Positions 17,063 to 24,621 are shown, counted from the stretch's first letter. The stretch: 32,000 nucleotides of DNA from Nitrosopumilus sp. b3 (GCF_014078525.1 NZ_MU078695.1:68851-100850), one strand, 5' to 3'. Translations and numbers: made by a program. The notes: generated from the letters alone by a model not told the origin.

Positions 17063-17481
17063 CATTTATTGAGATTATAAGTCAGTGCCAACAAAATACA
17101 GTGTTTTATTTTGTTTACAGGAATTTTCTCTTTTTCATTAAACACGATCGCTCTGTTTCCCTGATAGGTTAATTCTGGGTATATTTTTCTGAAAGTCTCT
17201 ACCAAGTTGGTCTGACAGTGAAAGTACATTGCAAATTCTCCTTTGAATTTATGCTTGTTTATACGAATCATAGTGCCACTTTTTGATTCAGTTGTAAGAT
17301 AACTTGGCTCGCCCCATCTTAGGGTCTCTTCTAGTTTACCAACTTCTTTTGTTTTTGATGCTACTTCAAAAATGAGTTCTCGAAGAGACAATAATTTGAT
17401 TCTTATTTTTGATGGATAACTAGCAAACTTCTCAGTTATCTCTGGATTTGAAAATGTTTTCTGTATTTTCTTCTGACTCAT
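17062..17481 (-). CDS. Small conserved protein, possibly DUF1801/YdhG-like
   Basis: 139 aa. 'LEETLRWGEPSYL...' and the overall pattern resemble YdhG-like proteins from memory; not verifiable here. Confidence 0.6.
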   Translation of the reverse strand: MSQKKIQKTFSNPEITEKFASYPSKIRIKLLSLRELIFEVASKTKEVGKLEETLRWGEPSYLTTESKSGTMIRINKHKFKGEFAMYFHCQTNLVETFRKIYPELTYQGNRAIVFNEKEKIPVNKIKHCILLALTYNLNK

Positions 17482-17545
17482 GTTCTTGAATTACAATTGG
17501 TTTTTTGAATATTAGTAATTTACCATGATGACAAAAAATAAAGTT

Positions 17546-17570
17546 GGTAGGAGTTTGTAAGTACTCCAAT
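17546..17570 (+). repeat. Cassette-boundary repeat copy R4 (GGTAGGAGTTTGTAAGTACTCCAAT)
   Basis: Preceded by ACAAAAAATAA (17531-17541), as in R3 and R5. Perfect 5-bp stem GGAGT/ACTCC around TTGTAAGT. Confidence 0.8.
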
Positions 17571-17591
17571 AGCTTTGTTTTTATATTAGAA

Positions 17592-17619
17592 TATACCATA
17601 GTATACTAGAGTATACCAT
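17592..17619 (+). promoter_or_regulatory. Candidate operator of the RelB/RelE-like operon: three (G/A)TATAC units at ~10-bp spacing
   Basis: 'aTATACCAta GTATACtaga GTATACCAtg'. TATACCAT occurs at 17592-17599 and 17612-17619. The palindrome GTATAC occurs at 17601-17606 and 17611-17616. The element overlaps the ATG (17618) and sits just downstream of TATA-like 'TTTTATATTA'. Confidence 0.4.
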
Positions 17620-17851
17620 GGAACAAAGCACAATCAAACTTTCTAAAAAGATAAAAAACGATCTCAAAAAACAGATGACCCATCCAGGCGAAACCTATGA
17701 AATGGTAATTGCAAGACTGCTAAAAAACTCACAGGAAGACGATGTGTTAAGCCCTGCAATCATCAAAAATATTGAAGAAGGAGTGGCAGACATCAAGGCA
17801 GGACGTGTGTATACATCTGAACAAGTCAAAAAGAGACTAGGCCTAAAATGA
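17618..17851 (+). CDS. Putative antitoxin (RHH/RelB-like) of the RelE/ParE-family toxin
   Basis: 77 aa. N-terminal 'TIKLSKKIKNDLKK' resembles the strand-helix of ribbon-helix-helix proteins. The stop is 1 nt from the toxin start. Confidence 0.7.
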   Translation: MEQSTIKLSKKIKNDLKKQMTHPGETYEMVIARLLKNSQEDDVLSPAIIKNIEEGVADIKAGRVYTSEQVKKRLGLK

Positions 17852-17852
17852 T

Positions 17853-18107
17853 ATGACATGGCAAGTCATATGGTCTGAAAAGTCTGTAAAGCAGCTAGAA
17901 AAACTAGACAAGAAAAATGCACAAAGGGTTTATGATGCAGTGTTAGATTGTACACAAGATCCGTTCAAAAGTGTGGCAAGACTTTCAAATTCGCCATTTT
18001 ACAGACTTAGAGTAGGAAATTACAGAGTTATTTTGGATCTGCAGCAAAGTAAAATGATTATCTTTGTTATCGAAACAGATCACAGGGGAAGAATTTACAA
18101 AAAATAA
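17853..18107 (+). CDS. relE: RelE/ParE-family type II toxin
   Basis: 84 aa. 'W.V.WSEKSVKQLEKLDKK...', 'FYRLRVGNYRVILDL' and 'IIFVIETDHRGRIY' are the canonical RelE/ParE blocks. The stop lies at the edge of repeat R5. Confidence 0.85.
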   Translation: MTWQVIWSEKSVKQLEKLDKKNAQRVYDAVLDCTQDPFKSVARLSNSPFYRLRVGNYRVILDLQQSKMIIFVIETDHRGRIYKK

Positions 18108-18108
18108 T

Positions 18109-18131
18109 GGTAGGAGTTTGTATACTCCAAT
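18109..18131 (+). repeat. Cassette-boundary repeat copy R5 (GGTAGGAGTTTGTATACTCCAAT)
   Basis: Same as R4 except for a 2-nt deletion in the loop. Preceded by ACAAAAAATAA, which encodes the toxin C-terminus and stop. Confidence 0.8.
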
Positions 18132-18213
18132 AACTTTCTGCCGTCACTTCATTTTGTAAAATTGCCAAAAAGGTATCCGACCCCACTGTGGGCGCGGAGA
18201 CCATCAGGTCCAC
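18132..18213 (+). repeat. Long repeat copy B (CTGCCGT...AAATTGCCAAAAAGGTATCCGACCCCAC...), lacking the right hairpin arm of copy A
   Basis: Shares CTGCCGT and the 28-nt core with copy A. The following ~30 nt (CTGTGGGCGCGGAGACCATCAGGTCCAC) align at roughly 70% to copy A's hairpin left arm and loop. No equivalent of the right arm was found. Confidence 0.7.
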
Positions 18214-18247
18214 TACATCACTCTATCAAATCATAGAAAATTTAAAA

Positions 18248-19225
18248 TTACTTGACTTGAATTATTCCTTTTTCCACTAGATATTGAATGGAATTAACTA
18301 ATTCAGTATCAGATGTAAGATCATTTGACCACCATCCAATATTTTGACGAACCCAATCTGGAACAGTATTCTCAGAATTACCAGAATTTCCAGACAAAAT
18401 TGGAATCTCAATTATTTCCTCAGTAATCAAATATTCAATGCCATCAATAAATTCAAAATCTTCAATCAATCCATCAGACCACCATGATGCGACATTTTTG
18501 AAATATGACGGAATCTGAATTTTATTTAATTGAAAATCCACTTTGCCAAAATTTTCTTCATCATAAGATGCAATTATACTAAAACTCCCAGATTCCCAAT
18601 TATCTGCAATTCTGATGTGAGCAGTAAAATCGCCGTTAGATTTTCCAGTGATTTTTACATCAGATGTTAAACCACTAGGATGAAGAATCTTTAATGTGAT
18701 CAGTTCCCCTCTTTGATAATTTTTGATATTACCATTTACCTCAACTGTGGATTTCTCATTACCTGTAACGGTAATTTCCTCTTCATCAATCTCCAAACTT
18801 CCAATGCTGGACATGACTGGTATATTTTGCACAGAAACAGAAGTGATAGAAAAGGAGGCAGAACCAATTTCATTATTGAGATAAGTTGCTAATAGTGGAT
18901 AATTTCCTACATCCCAATTAGAATCAAGCAGTATAGGAGTAGAAAAATTGCCTTCCTTATCTGCTTGAGTTTTTAGAATTATTGAAGTGTTATCAGGTTT
19001 TTTGATTTCAATGAGTATCACCTGACCTGAATTATAATCAACTACATTTCCAGAGATATTAAGAATTGTGGGAGCAGTTTCAGAGATAGAGATGGAATCT
19101 TGGTCAATATTTAGCGAACCAAACTCAGTTGAACTACCGGAAATGGCAGAAACTGATACAAAATTTGAACTGACAATAATCATTACTAGAATTGATGTAA
19201 TAACTATGCCATAATTCAAGATCAT
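18248..19225 (-). CDS. Secreted/cell-surface protein with duplicated beta-rich domains and duplicated C-terminal W-rich motif
   Basis: 325 aa with an N-terminal hydrophobic signal/anchor. Two internal repeats ('NISGNVVDYNSGQVILIEIKKP...NWDVGNY' and 'VNGNIKNYQRGELITLKILHP...NWESGSF'). Two C-terminal 'WWS(D/N).L..D.E....I.YL' motifs. Confidence 0.75.
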   Translation of the reverse strand: MILNYGIVITSILVMIIVSSNFVSVSAISGSSTEFGSLNIDQDSISISETAPTILNISGNVVDYNSGQVILIEIKKPDNTSIILKTQADKEGNFSTPILLDSNWDVGNYPLLATYLNNEIGSASFSITSVSVQNIPVMSSIGSLEIDEEEITVTGNEKSTVEVNGNIKNYQRGELITLKILHPSGLTSDVKITGKSNGDFTAHIRIADNWESGSFSIIASYDEENFGKVDFQLNKIQIPSYFKNVASWWSDGLIEDFEFIDGIEYLITEEIIEIPILSGNSGNSENTVPDWVRQNIGWWSNDLTSDTELVNSIQYLVEKGIIQVK

Positions 19226-19395
19226 GTCTCATAAGAAATATCATTCAATAATTAAAGAATTTCATGGGTAGGAAATCATTAGAGGTTGAAAACAGATTAA
19301 AGAAAAGTATTTTGATTATCAAAAATTTTATGCATGCGTAATTTGTCCATAATATTCAAACATGATCACATATTCTTGAAATCAATCATAATAGT

Positions 19396-19782
19396 ATGAA
19401 CATTCGTGTAATACTAATTGATGATTACCATGATGTAACTGGAGTAATTTCAGAATTTCTTGGTTTCAACTCAATTGATGTAATTGCTATTGGAAGGAAT
19501 GGAAAAGAAGCAGCAGAATTATACAAAAAGCATTTACCAGATGTTGTCGTAATGGATTATTTGATGCCAAAGTTTAGTGGAATATATGGTCTAGAGAGGA
19601 TCCGCAAGATAAATCCCCATGCCAAAGTTATCATGTTGACAGGAAGTACAGATGACAAATTAGATGAGAAATTAAAAAAAGCGGGAGCTTCTGAAATATT
19701 ACCCAAACCATCTAGTATGAATATAATTATGGAAACAATAAAAAAAGTTTCAATGAAGAATTCTATTACAGTAAATAATTAA
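19396..19782 (+). CDS. Single-domain response regulator (CheY-like receiver)
   Basis: 128 aa. 'ILIDD', phospho-acceptor context 'DVVVMDYLMP', 'IMLTG' and 'KP' are the receiver-domain signature positions. Confidence 0.85.
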   Translation: MNIRVILIDDYHDVTGVISEFLGFNSIDVIAIGRNGKEAAELYKKHLPDVVVMDYLMPKFSGIYGLERIRKINPHAKVIMLTGSTDDKLDEKLKKAGASEILPKPSSMNIIMETIKKVSMKNSITVNN

Positions 19783-19815
19783 GGGGGAAATGAAAAAACT
19801 CTAAAATTAATTTAT

Positions 19816-20136
19816 TTATCTTTCCAACCTAGAAATAAAATCAGATATGCTATTTTGATTTACTGATGTGCCAAAAATACTCTTTATTTTATTGAGAACT
19901 AAATCGTATGAATCCCCATAGATACTGATCAAAACAGACTTTAGGCTTTCAGGATGATCAAATATTTCATTTGTAGAAATGCTATATTCTTCTTTCAATT
20001 TTTTATTAATTATCTCAAGTGAGTCAATTTCAATTCCAAGCAAAACATGCTCAATTACAGTTGCTACTAATTCTCTATAGGTTTCATCCGCATTTAGATT
20101 TTTGACTTTATATTCATCCAAAAAAATCATTTCCAA
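19816..20136 (-). CDS. Hypothetical protein (106 aa)
   Basis: Clean ORF convergent with the receiver gene. No motifs recognised. Confidence 0.55.
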   Translation of the reverse strand: MEMIFLDEYKVKNLNADETYRELVATVIEHVLLGIEIDSLEIINKKLKEEYSISTNEIFDHPESLKSVLISIYGDSYDLVLNKIKSIFGTSVNQNSISDFISRLER

Positions 20137-20363
20137 AATTAAAGTCTAAATTAGAAAAAGGCACACTCATTTTTTAGCACATACATAATAAGTAATAAAA
20201 AAGACATCATCATGACATAATGCATTTTTTTGTTTTTAATAGAAATGCTGTGCATTTTAAGCACATGAAGTATAAATAAAAATTTGTAAATTTTTTGTAA
20301 AATTTACAGAAATCAAGGGATTCAAAGAGACTAGTTAAAATGGAACAGAATTAAATCGCCCCT

Positions 20364-20495
20364 ATGAAAGCCAAGTTTAATGGTAAATGTGTAGAATGTG
20401 GTGAATCAATTAAGGTTGGAAAGGAAATACTGAAAAATTCAGATGACAAATGGGTTCACAAAGCATGCTCAGATTTAGAAGAAGAATTACCATAA
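20364..20495 (+). CDS. Small Cys-containing protein (43 aa), below the ORF-track cut-off
   Basis: Hand translation gives MKAKFNGKCVECGESIKVGKEILKNSDDKWVHKACSDLEEELP*. It has CxxC plus H..C, a possible zinc knuckle. The ATG sits in a long promoter-like AT-rich gap. Confidence 0.45.
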   Translation: MKAKFNGKCVECGESIKVGKEILKNSDDKWVHKACSDLEEELP

Positions 20496-20552
20496 TTTAC
20501 TAGAATAAATCAGTAAAAAATTTTTTAAATAGCTTTGAAAAAACATGATCAG

Positions 20553-20975
20553 ATGAATTTAAAATTTAACGTATTTTTGATGGCATCAATTATTGCAGTT
20601 TTGTCTATCGGAGTCATTCCGACAGAGATTTCAGCACAACCCAATGAAGTTACGATCACTCCAATTAACGAGGAGATTAGTTTGGAGAAAACAGTAGCCA
20701 CCATGTATGTACCAGAAGACAATACATTGCCTTGGGGGTTTGTAAAAGGTGCACCATCAGAATACGTTGAAAGATTTCCTGTAATAATTCAGTTTTACAG
20801 CGGCGAGGATCCTGTACATTTCGCTCAAGTAGATGTAAAAGGAGACGGTTCCTATGAATACAAATTCAGAGTTAGAAACTTGGATTCGACTACAGGAGAA
20901 TTTGTAAATATTTTTGAAGGAGAATACACTGTAAAGATTTTCAAAGTAATTCCAAATTCCAACGACATAGTTTAA
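20553..20975 (+). CDS. Secreted hypothetical protein
   Basis: Signal-like 'MNLKFNVFLMASIIAVLSIGVIPTEISA'. The ORF track begins at a TTG (20535); the ATG at 20553 is preferred. Confidence 0.65.
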   Translation: MNLKFNVFLMASIIAVLSIGVIPTEISAQPNEVTITPINEEISLEKTVATMYVPEDNTLPWGFVKGAPSEYVERFPVIIQFYSGEDPVHFAQVDVKGDGSYEYKFRVRNLDSTTGEFVNIFEGEYTVKIFKVIPNSNDIV

Positions 20976-20977
20976 AA

Positions 20978-21595
20978 TCAATAAGGTGTTCCAGTTTCTC
21001 TTTGTTTTGCAAAAGCTGAAACATACCACTCAAATTCATCTAAAAATTTAGTAATCCTTCTATCATAATTTTCATCCAATAATTTTCCATCATCATTAAA
21101 CACTTCCTGCACTTTAGAGATTGGTAATTGTGAAGGAATCGCAGGCATTCCCATCTCTGCCAATATTTGCCGTAAATGATTTCCAGCCAAAACTCCTCCA
21201 AATGGACCTGCTGAATATGAAATAATAGCTGAAGGCTTGAAAAAATATTCTTCTAAAAAATAATCCAATGTATTTTTTAACGCAGATGACACGCTATGAT
21301 TATATTCAGGAGTTATTGGAACATACCCTTCTGCATCCTGAATTATTTTTTGTAGTTTTTGCAATTTTACAGAGGGTGATTTCATCTCTTTGTACATTTT
21401 ATCAAGTAATGGAAGTTCCAATTCCACAGGGTCAACCATAGAAACCTGATGGCCGCGATTTTGCAGTTTTTCAACTATCCATTGTGCAACTTTGATTCCT
21501 TGTCTTTCAGATCTAACAGAACCAACAATAACTACAATTTTTGCCAATAGGCACAAAATAAAAAAATACAATAAAAGATTTTTTCTAAATCCCAC
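20978..21595 (-). CDS. NAD(P)H-dependent FMN reductase family oxidoreductase
   Basis: 'IVVIVGSVRSERQG' (the GSxR signature), 'PEYNHSVSSALKN' and 'ISYSAGPFGG'. The true start is probably internal (for example TTG near 21547, giving 'MAKIVVIVGS'), because the N-terminal 20 aa look non-native. Confidence 0.8.
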   Translation of the reverse strand: MGFRKNLLLYFFILCLLAKIVVIVGSVRSERQGIKVAQWIVEKLQNRGHQVSMVDPVELELPLLDKMYKEMKSPSVKLQKLQKIIQDAEGYVPITPEYNHSVSSALKNTLDYFLEEYFFKPSAIISYSAGPFGGVLAGNHLRQILAEMGMPAIPSQLPISKVQEVFNDDGKLLDENYDRRITKFLDEFEWYVSAFAKQRETGTPY

Positions 21596-21649
21596 CTAGA
21601 ATTAATTCACAGAATTCATATATTGATTGGATAGTTGAAGAGCTAGAAA

Positions 21650-22189
21650 ATGAGCAAGAACTTTTGGCATGATATTGAATCAGGAAATGATATTCCTGAA
21701 ATCATTAACGTGATTGTAGAGATCCCAAAGGGTTCAATGAACAAATATGAATATGACAAAAAACACAACATGATAAAATTAGACAGGGTACTATTCTCAC
21801 CATTTCACTATCCAGGAGATTATGGACTGGTTCCTCAAACTTTATCTGATGATGGGGATCCACTTGATGCGCTCGTACTAGTTACAAACTCAACATATCC
21901 AGGAATTCTAATTGAGGCAAGGCCAATTGGATTACTGCAAATGAAAGATGATGGTAAATTAGATGACAAAATAATTTGTGTTGCAACAAATGATCCCAGA
22001 TATTTACACACTACAGATATTGCCGATATCGAAGATCATTACCGTTCAGAAATTGCTCACTTTTTTCAAGTGTATAAAGACCTAGAAGGAAAAAAAGTAG
22101 AGATCTTAGGTTGGAAGTCTGCAAAAGAAGCAAAAATTGTAATTGTGGAATCAATAAAAAGATACAAAGACACTTTGAAAAAATATTAG
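21650..22189 (+). CDS. ppa: Inorganic pyrophosphatase (family I)
   Basis: 179 aa. 'VIVEIPKGSMNKYEYD', 'LDRVLFSPFHYPGDYGLVPQTLSDDGDPLDALVL' and 'DDKIICV' are the classic family I PPase active-site blocks. Confidence 0.95.
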   Translation: MSKNFWHDIESGNDIPEIINVIVEIPKGSMNKYEYDKKHNMIKLDRVLFSPFHYPGDYGLVPQTLSDDGDPLDALVLVTNSTYPGILIEARPIGLLQMKDDGKLDDKIICVATNDPRYLHTTDIADIEDHYRSEIAHFFQVYKDLEGKKVEILGWKSAKEAKIVIVESIKRYKDTLKKY

Positions 22190-22190
22190 A

Positions 22191-22445
22191 ATGTCAAAAA
22201 AATGTGAACATTTCTCTGAAGAGAAACAAGTTTCTCCAAATACAAAAAGTTGTCAAGAGTGTGAAAAAGAACACCTACCAGTTGTTGCAATTAGAATGTG
22301 CTTGACATGTGGTCATGTTGGATGTTGTGATTCATCTATTGGAAAGCATGCAACCAAGCACTTTGAGGAAACAGGGCACCCAGTTATGAAAGCAATCCCC
22401 AATGACATATGGAAGTGGTGTTATATTCACAAAGAGTATTACTGA
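22191..22445 (+). CDS. UBP-type zinc-finger domain protein
   Basis: 84 aa. 'CEHF...CQEC...IRMCLTCGHVGCCDSSIGKHATKHFEETGHPV' matches the zf-UBP pattern. Starts 1 nt after the ppa stop. Confidence 0.8.
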   Translation: MSKKCEHFSEEKQVSPNTKSCQECEKEHLPVVAIRMCLTCGHVGCCDSSIGKHATKHFEETGHPVMKAIPNDIWKWCYIHKEYY

Positions 22446-22458
22446 TATTCTTTAGTAT

Positions 22459-22656
22459 CTACTTCATTGTTCGTAGTTGCTTTTCAGTGTCACGAATAAA
22501 ATCTTCATATTTCATAATTTGAGTTGTAATTCGAAATGCATTCATTTGATCCTCATTGGCTTTTGAGCCTAAGAGAGGTTTTCGTAGTGCCATAAGTCGC
22601 TGCTGTTCCTCAGTTGCTTTAAGAATATCATTTCTAAGATCATCCCTTGTTGCCAT
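22459..22656 (-). CDS. Small helical hypothetical protein (65 aa)
   Basis: Clean ORF in an otherwise unoccupied interval, with charged heptad-like composition. Confidence 0.5.
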   Translation of the reverse strand: MATRDDLRNDILKATEEQQRLMALRKPLLGSKANEDQMNAFRITTQIMKYEDFIRDTEKQLRTMK

Positions 22657-22733
22657 ATATTGTATACGTGAATTTGAGATTTAAGAATTTCAATACATAT
22701 TGATTTTTTAATAGTTAGAAAATGATATTTTTA

Positions 22734-24506
22734 ATGACAGAATATCAGCTTGGAAAATGGGATCTGTCAGAATTAGCAAAAGATCCAAAAAGTCCAGCAT
22801 TTCAAAAACAGATTCAGGAATTAGAAAAACAGTCTGAAAAATTTGAAAAAATTAAATCCAAACTAGATCCCAAAATGTCATCTGAAAAATTTATGAATAT
22901 TTTACATCAGGTAGAAGAGATCTCAGAAAAAATGAGCAAGATTGGAGGATATGCATCTTTGTCATATTCTTCAGACACACAGTCTGATGAGGCAACATCA
23001 CTAATGACCAAAATGTCAAAATTAGGTTCTGAGGTTTCAAACAAGATTCTATTTTTTGATTTATGGTGGAAAACTCAAGTCGATGATAAAAATGCAAAGA
23101 GACTAATGAAAAATGCAGGAGAAGTAACAGAGTACCTAGCCCATAAAAGATTATTTGCAAAATATGCACTTAGTGAACCTGAAGAGAAAATAATCAACAC
23201 ACTAGACGTTACTGGAATCTCTGCACTAGTAAAATTGTATGACAAAATAACAAATGCCTACGAGTACAAAATGAAGATAGGCAATAAAACAAAAAAGATG
23301 ACAAGAGAGGAACTCACAAATTATGTTCGAAGTACTAATTCCAAAGTTCGTGAAACTGCTTACAAAACAATTCTTTCAAAATATTCCGAAAACAAGGGAG
23401 TAATTGGGGAAATATATCAAAACATTGTTCTTAATTGGAGAGATGAAGGAATTGAGATTAGAGGCTACAAATCCCCAATCTCAATGAGAAATATTGGAAA
23501 TGATGTTGATGACAAAACTATAGAATCACTTCTTTTAGTATGTAGGAAAAATTCCTCAGTTTTTCAGAAATTCTTTGCTCAAAAAGCAAAGATGTTGAAA
23601 ATGAAAAAATTGAGGAGGTATGATTTGTACGCACCAGCAGCAGCAAAAATCAAAGAAAAAAACTATTCATACAACGATTCAGTTAAACTAGTTTTTGAAT
23701 CTCTAGGAAAATTCAGTTATACATTAGAAGAATTTGCAAGAAAGGTATTCAATGAAAATCATATTGATTCATCAGTAAGACAAGGAAAGAGAGACGGGGC
23801 ATTTTGCAGCACATTAACTCCAAAAATTACACCCTATGTTCTAGTAAATTTTACAGGAAAATCAAGAGATGTGTTTACTTTAGCTCATGAATTAGGCCAT
23901 GCTGTTCACAGTCAAGCTGCACAAGACAGATCAATTCTTGTTCAAGATGCACCATTGCCATTAGCAGAAACTGCATCAACATTTTCAGAATTGTTGCTGT
24001 ATGATAATATATCCGATAAAATTTCAGACAACGAAAAAAAGATCATGTTATCTGAAAAAATAGATGATCTATATGCAACGATTCTTAGACAATCATTTTT
24101 TACGATTTTTGAAGTAGATGCCCACGAACAAATTGGGAAAGGAACTACAGTTGATGAAATTTCAAAGACATATCTTAAAAATCTCAGGGAGCAGTTTGGA
24201 AACTCAGTAAATCTTTCAGAAGACTTTGCAATAGAGTGGAGTTGCATTCCACATTTTTACCACACACCATTTTACTGCTATGCATATTCATTTGGAAATT
24301 TACTTGCATTATCACTATTTCAAAGATACAAGAAGGAAGGAAAAGACTTTGTCCCATCATATATCGAAATTCTTGCCGCAGGTGGCTCAAAGAAACCAGA
24401 AAAACTGCTATTAGAGCACGGATTCGACATAGGTTCTCCAAAGTTTTGGCAAGAGGGATTTGATTATGTCAGTAATCAAGTTAAAACATTATCATCATTG
24501 AATTAG
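22734..24506 (+). CDS. pepF: Oligoendopeptidase F (M3B metallopeptidase)
   Basis: 'FTLAHELGHAVH' (HExxH) with downstream 'ETAS.FSE'. Length and N-terminal 'W.L..L' pattern are typical of PepF. The ORF is open from 22722; the ATG at 22734 ('MTEYQLGKWDL') is preferred. Confidence 0.9.
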   Translation: MTEYQLGKWDLSELAKDPKSPAFQKQIQELEKQSEKFEKIKSKLDPKMSSEKFMNILHQVEEISEKMSKIGGYASLSYSSDTQSDEATSLMTKMSKLGSEVSNKILFFDLWWKTQVDDKNAKRLMKNAGEVTEYLAHKRLFAKYALSEPEEKIINTLDVTGISALVKLYDKITNAYEYKMKIGNKTKKMTREELTNYVRSTNSKVRETAYKTILSKYSENKGVIGEIYQNIVLNWRDEGIEIRGYKSPISMRNIGNDVDDKTIESLLLVCRKNSSVFQKFFAQKAKMLKMKKLRRYDLYAPAAAKIKEKNYSYNDSVKLVFESLGKFSYTLEEFARKVFNENHIDSSVRQGKRDGAFCSTLTPKITPYVLVNFTGKSRDVFTLAHELGHAVHSQAAQDRSILVQDAPLPLAETASTFSELLLYDNISDKISDNEKKIMLSEKIDDLYATILRQSFFTIFEVDAHEQIGKGTTVDEISKTYLKNLREQFGNSVNLSEDFAIEWSCIPHFYHTPFYCYAYSFGNLLALSLFQRYKKEGKDFVPSYIEILAAGGSKKPEKLLLEHGFDIGSPKFWQEGFDYVSNQVKTLSSLN

Positions 24507-24523
24507 ATTTTTAAATTAATGGG

Positions 24524-24552
24524 GCTGACAGTCCAACGCATGGACTGTCAGC
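24524..24552 (+). other. Perfect 12-bp GC-rich stem-loop downstream of pepF (terminator-like or small structured RNA)
   Basis: GCTGACAGTCCA (24524-24535), loop ACGCA, TGGACTGTCAGC (24541-24552). Begins 18 nt after the pepF stop. Confidence 0.5.
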
Positions 24553-24621
24553 TTGTTCCCCGAACGGTTTGAATTCGATGTCATCCTACAAAAAATGGCA
24601 ATCTGATTTAAACGTTTGAAA

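Noticed and set aside
16268-18131. Canonical integron (IntI + attC array)
   Set aside because: The boundary repeats are only ~25-45 nt, whereas attC sites are usually over 55 nt. I could not find the R''/R' cores (RYYYAAC...GTTRRRY). The recombinase is separated from the array by cdc6 and another ORF. I therefore describe it as integron-like in logic only, not as an integron.
24553-24621. C/D-box sRNA downstream of pepF (GATGTCA ... CTGA)
   Set aside because: The C-box match is imperfect (not RUGAUGA). The C-to-D spacing is too short for a complete C/D'/C'/D architecture, and there is no terminal stem.
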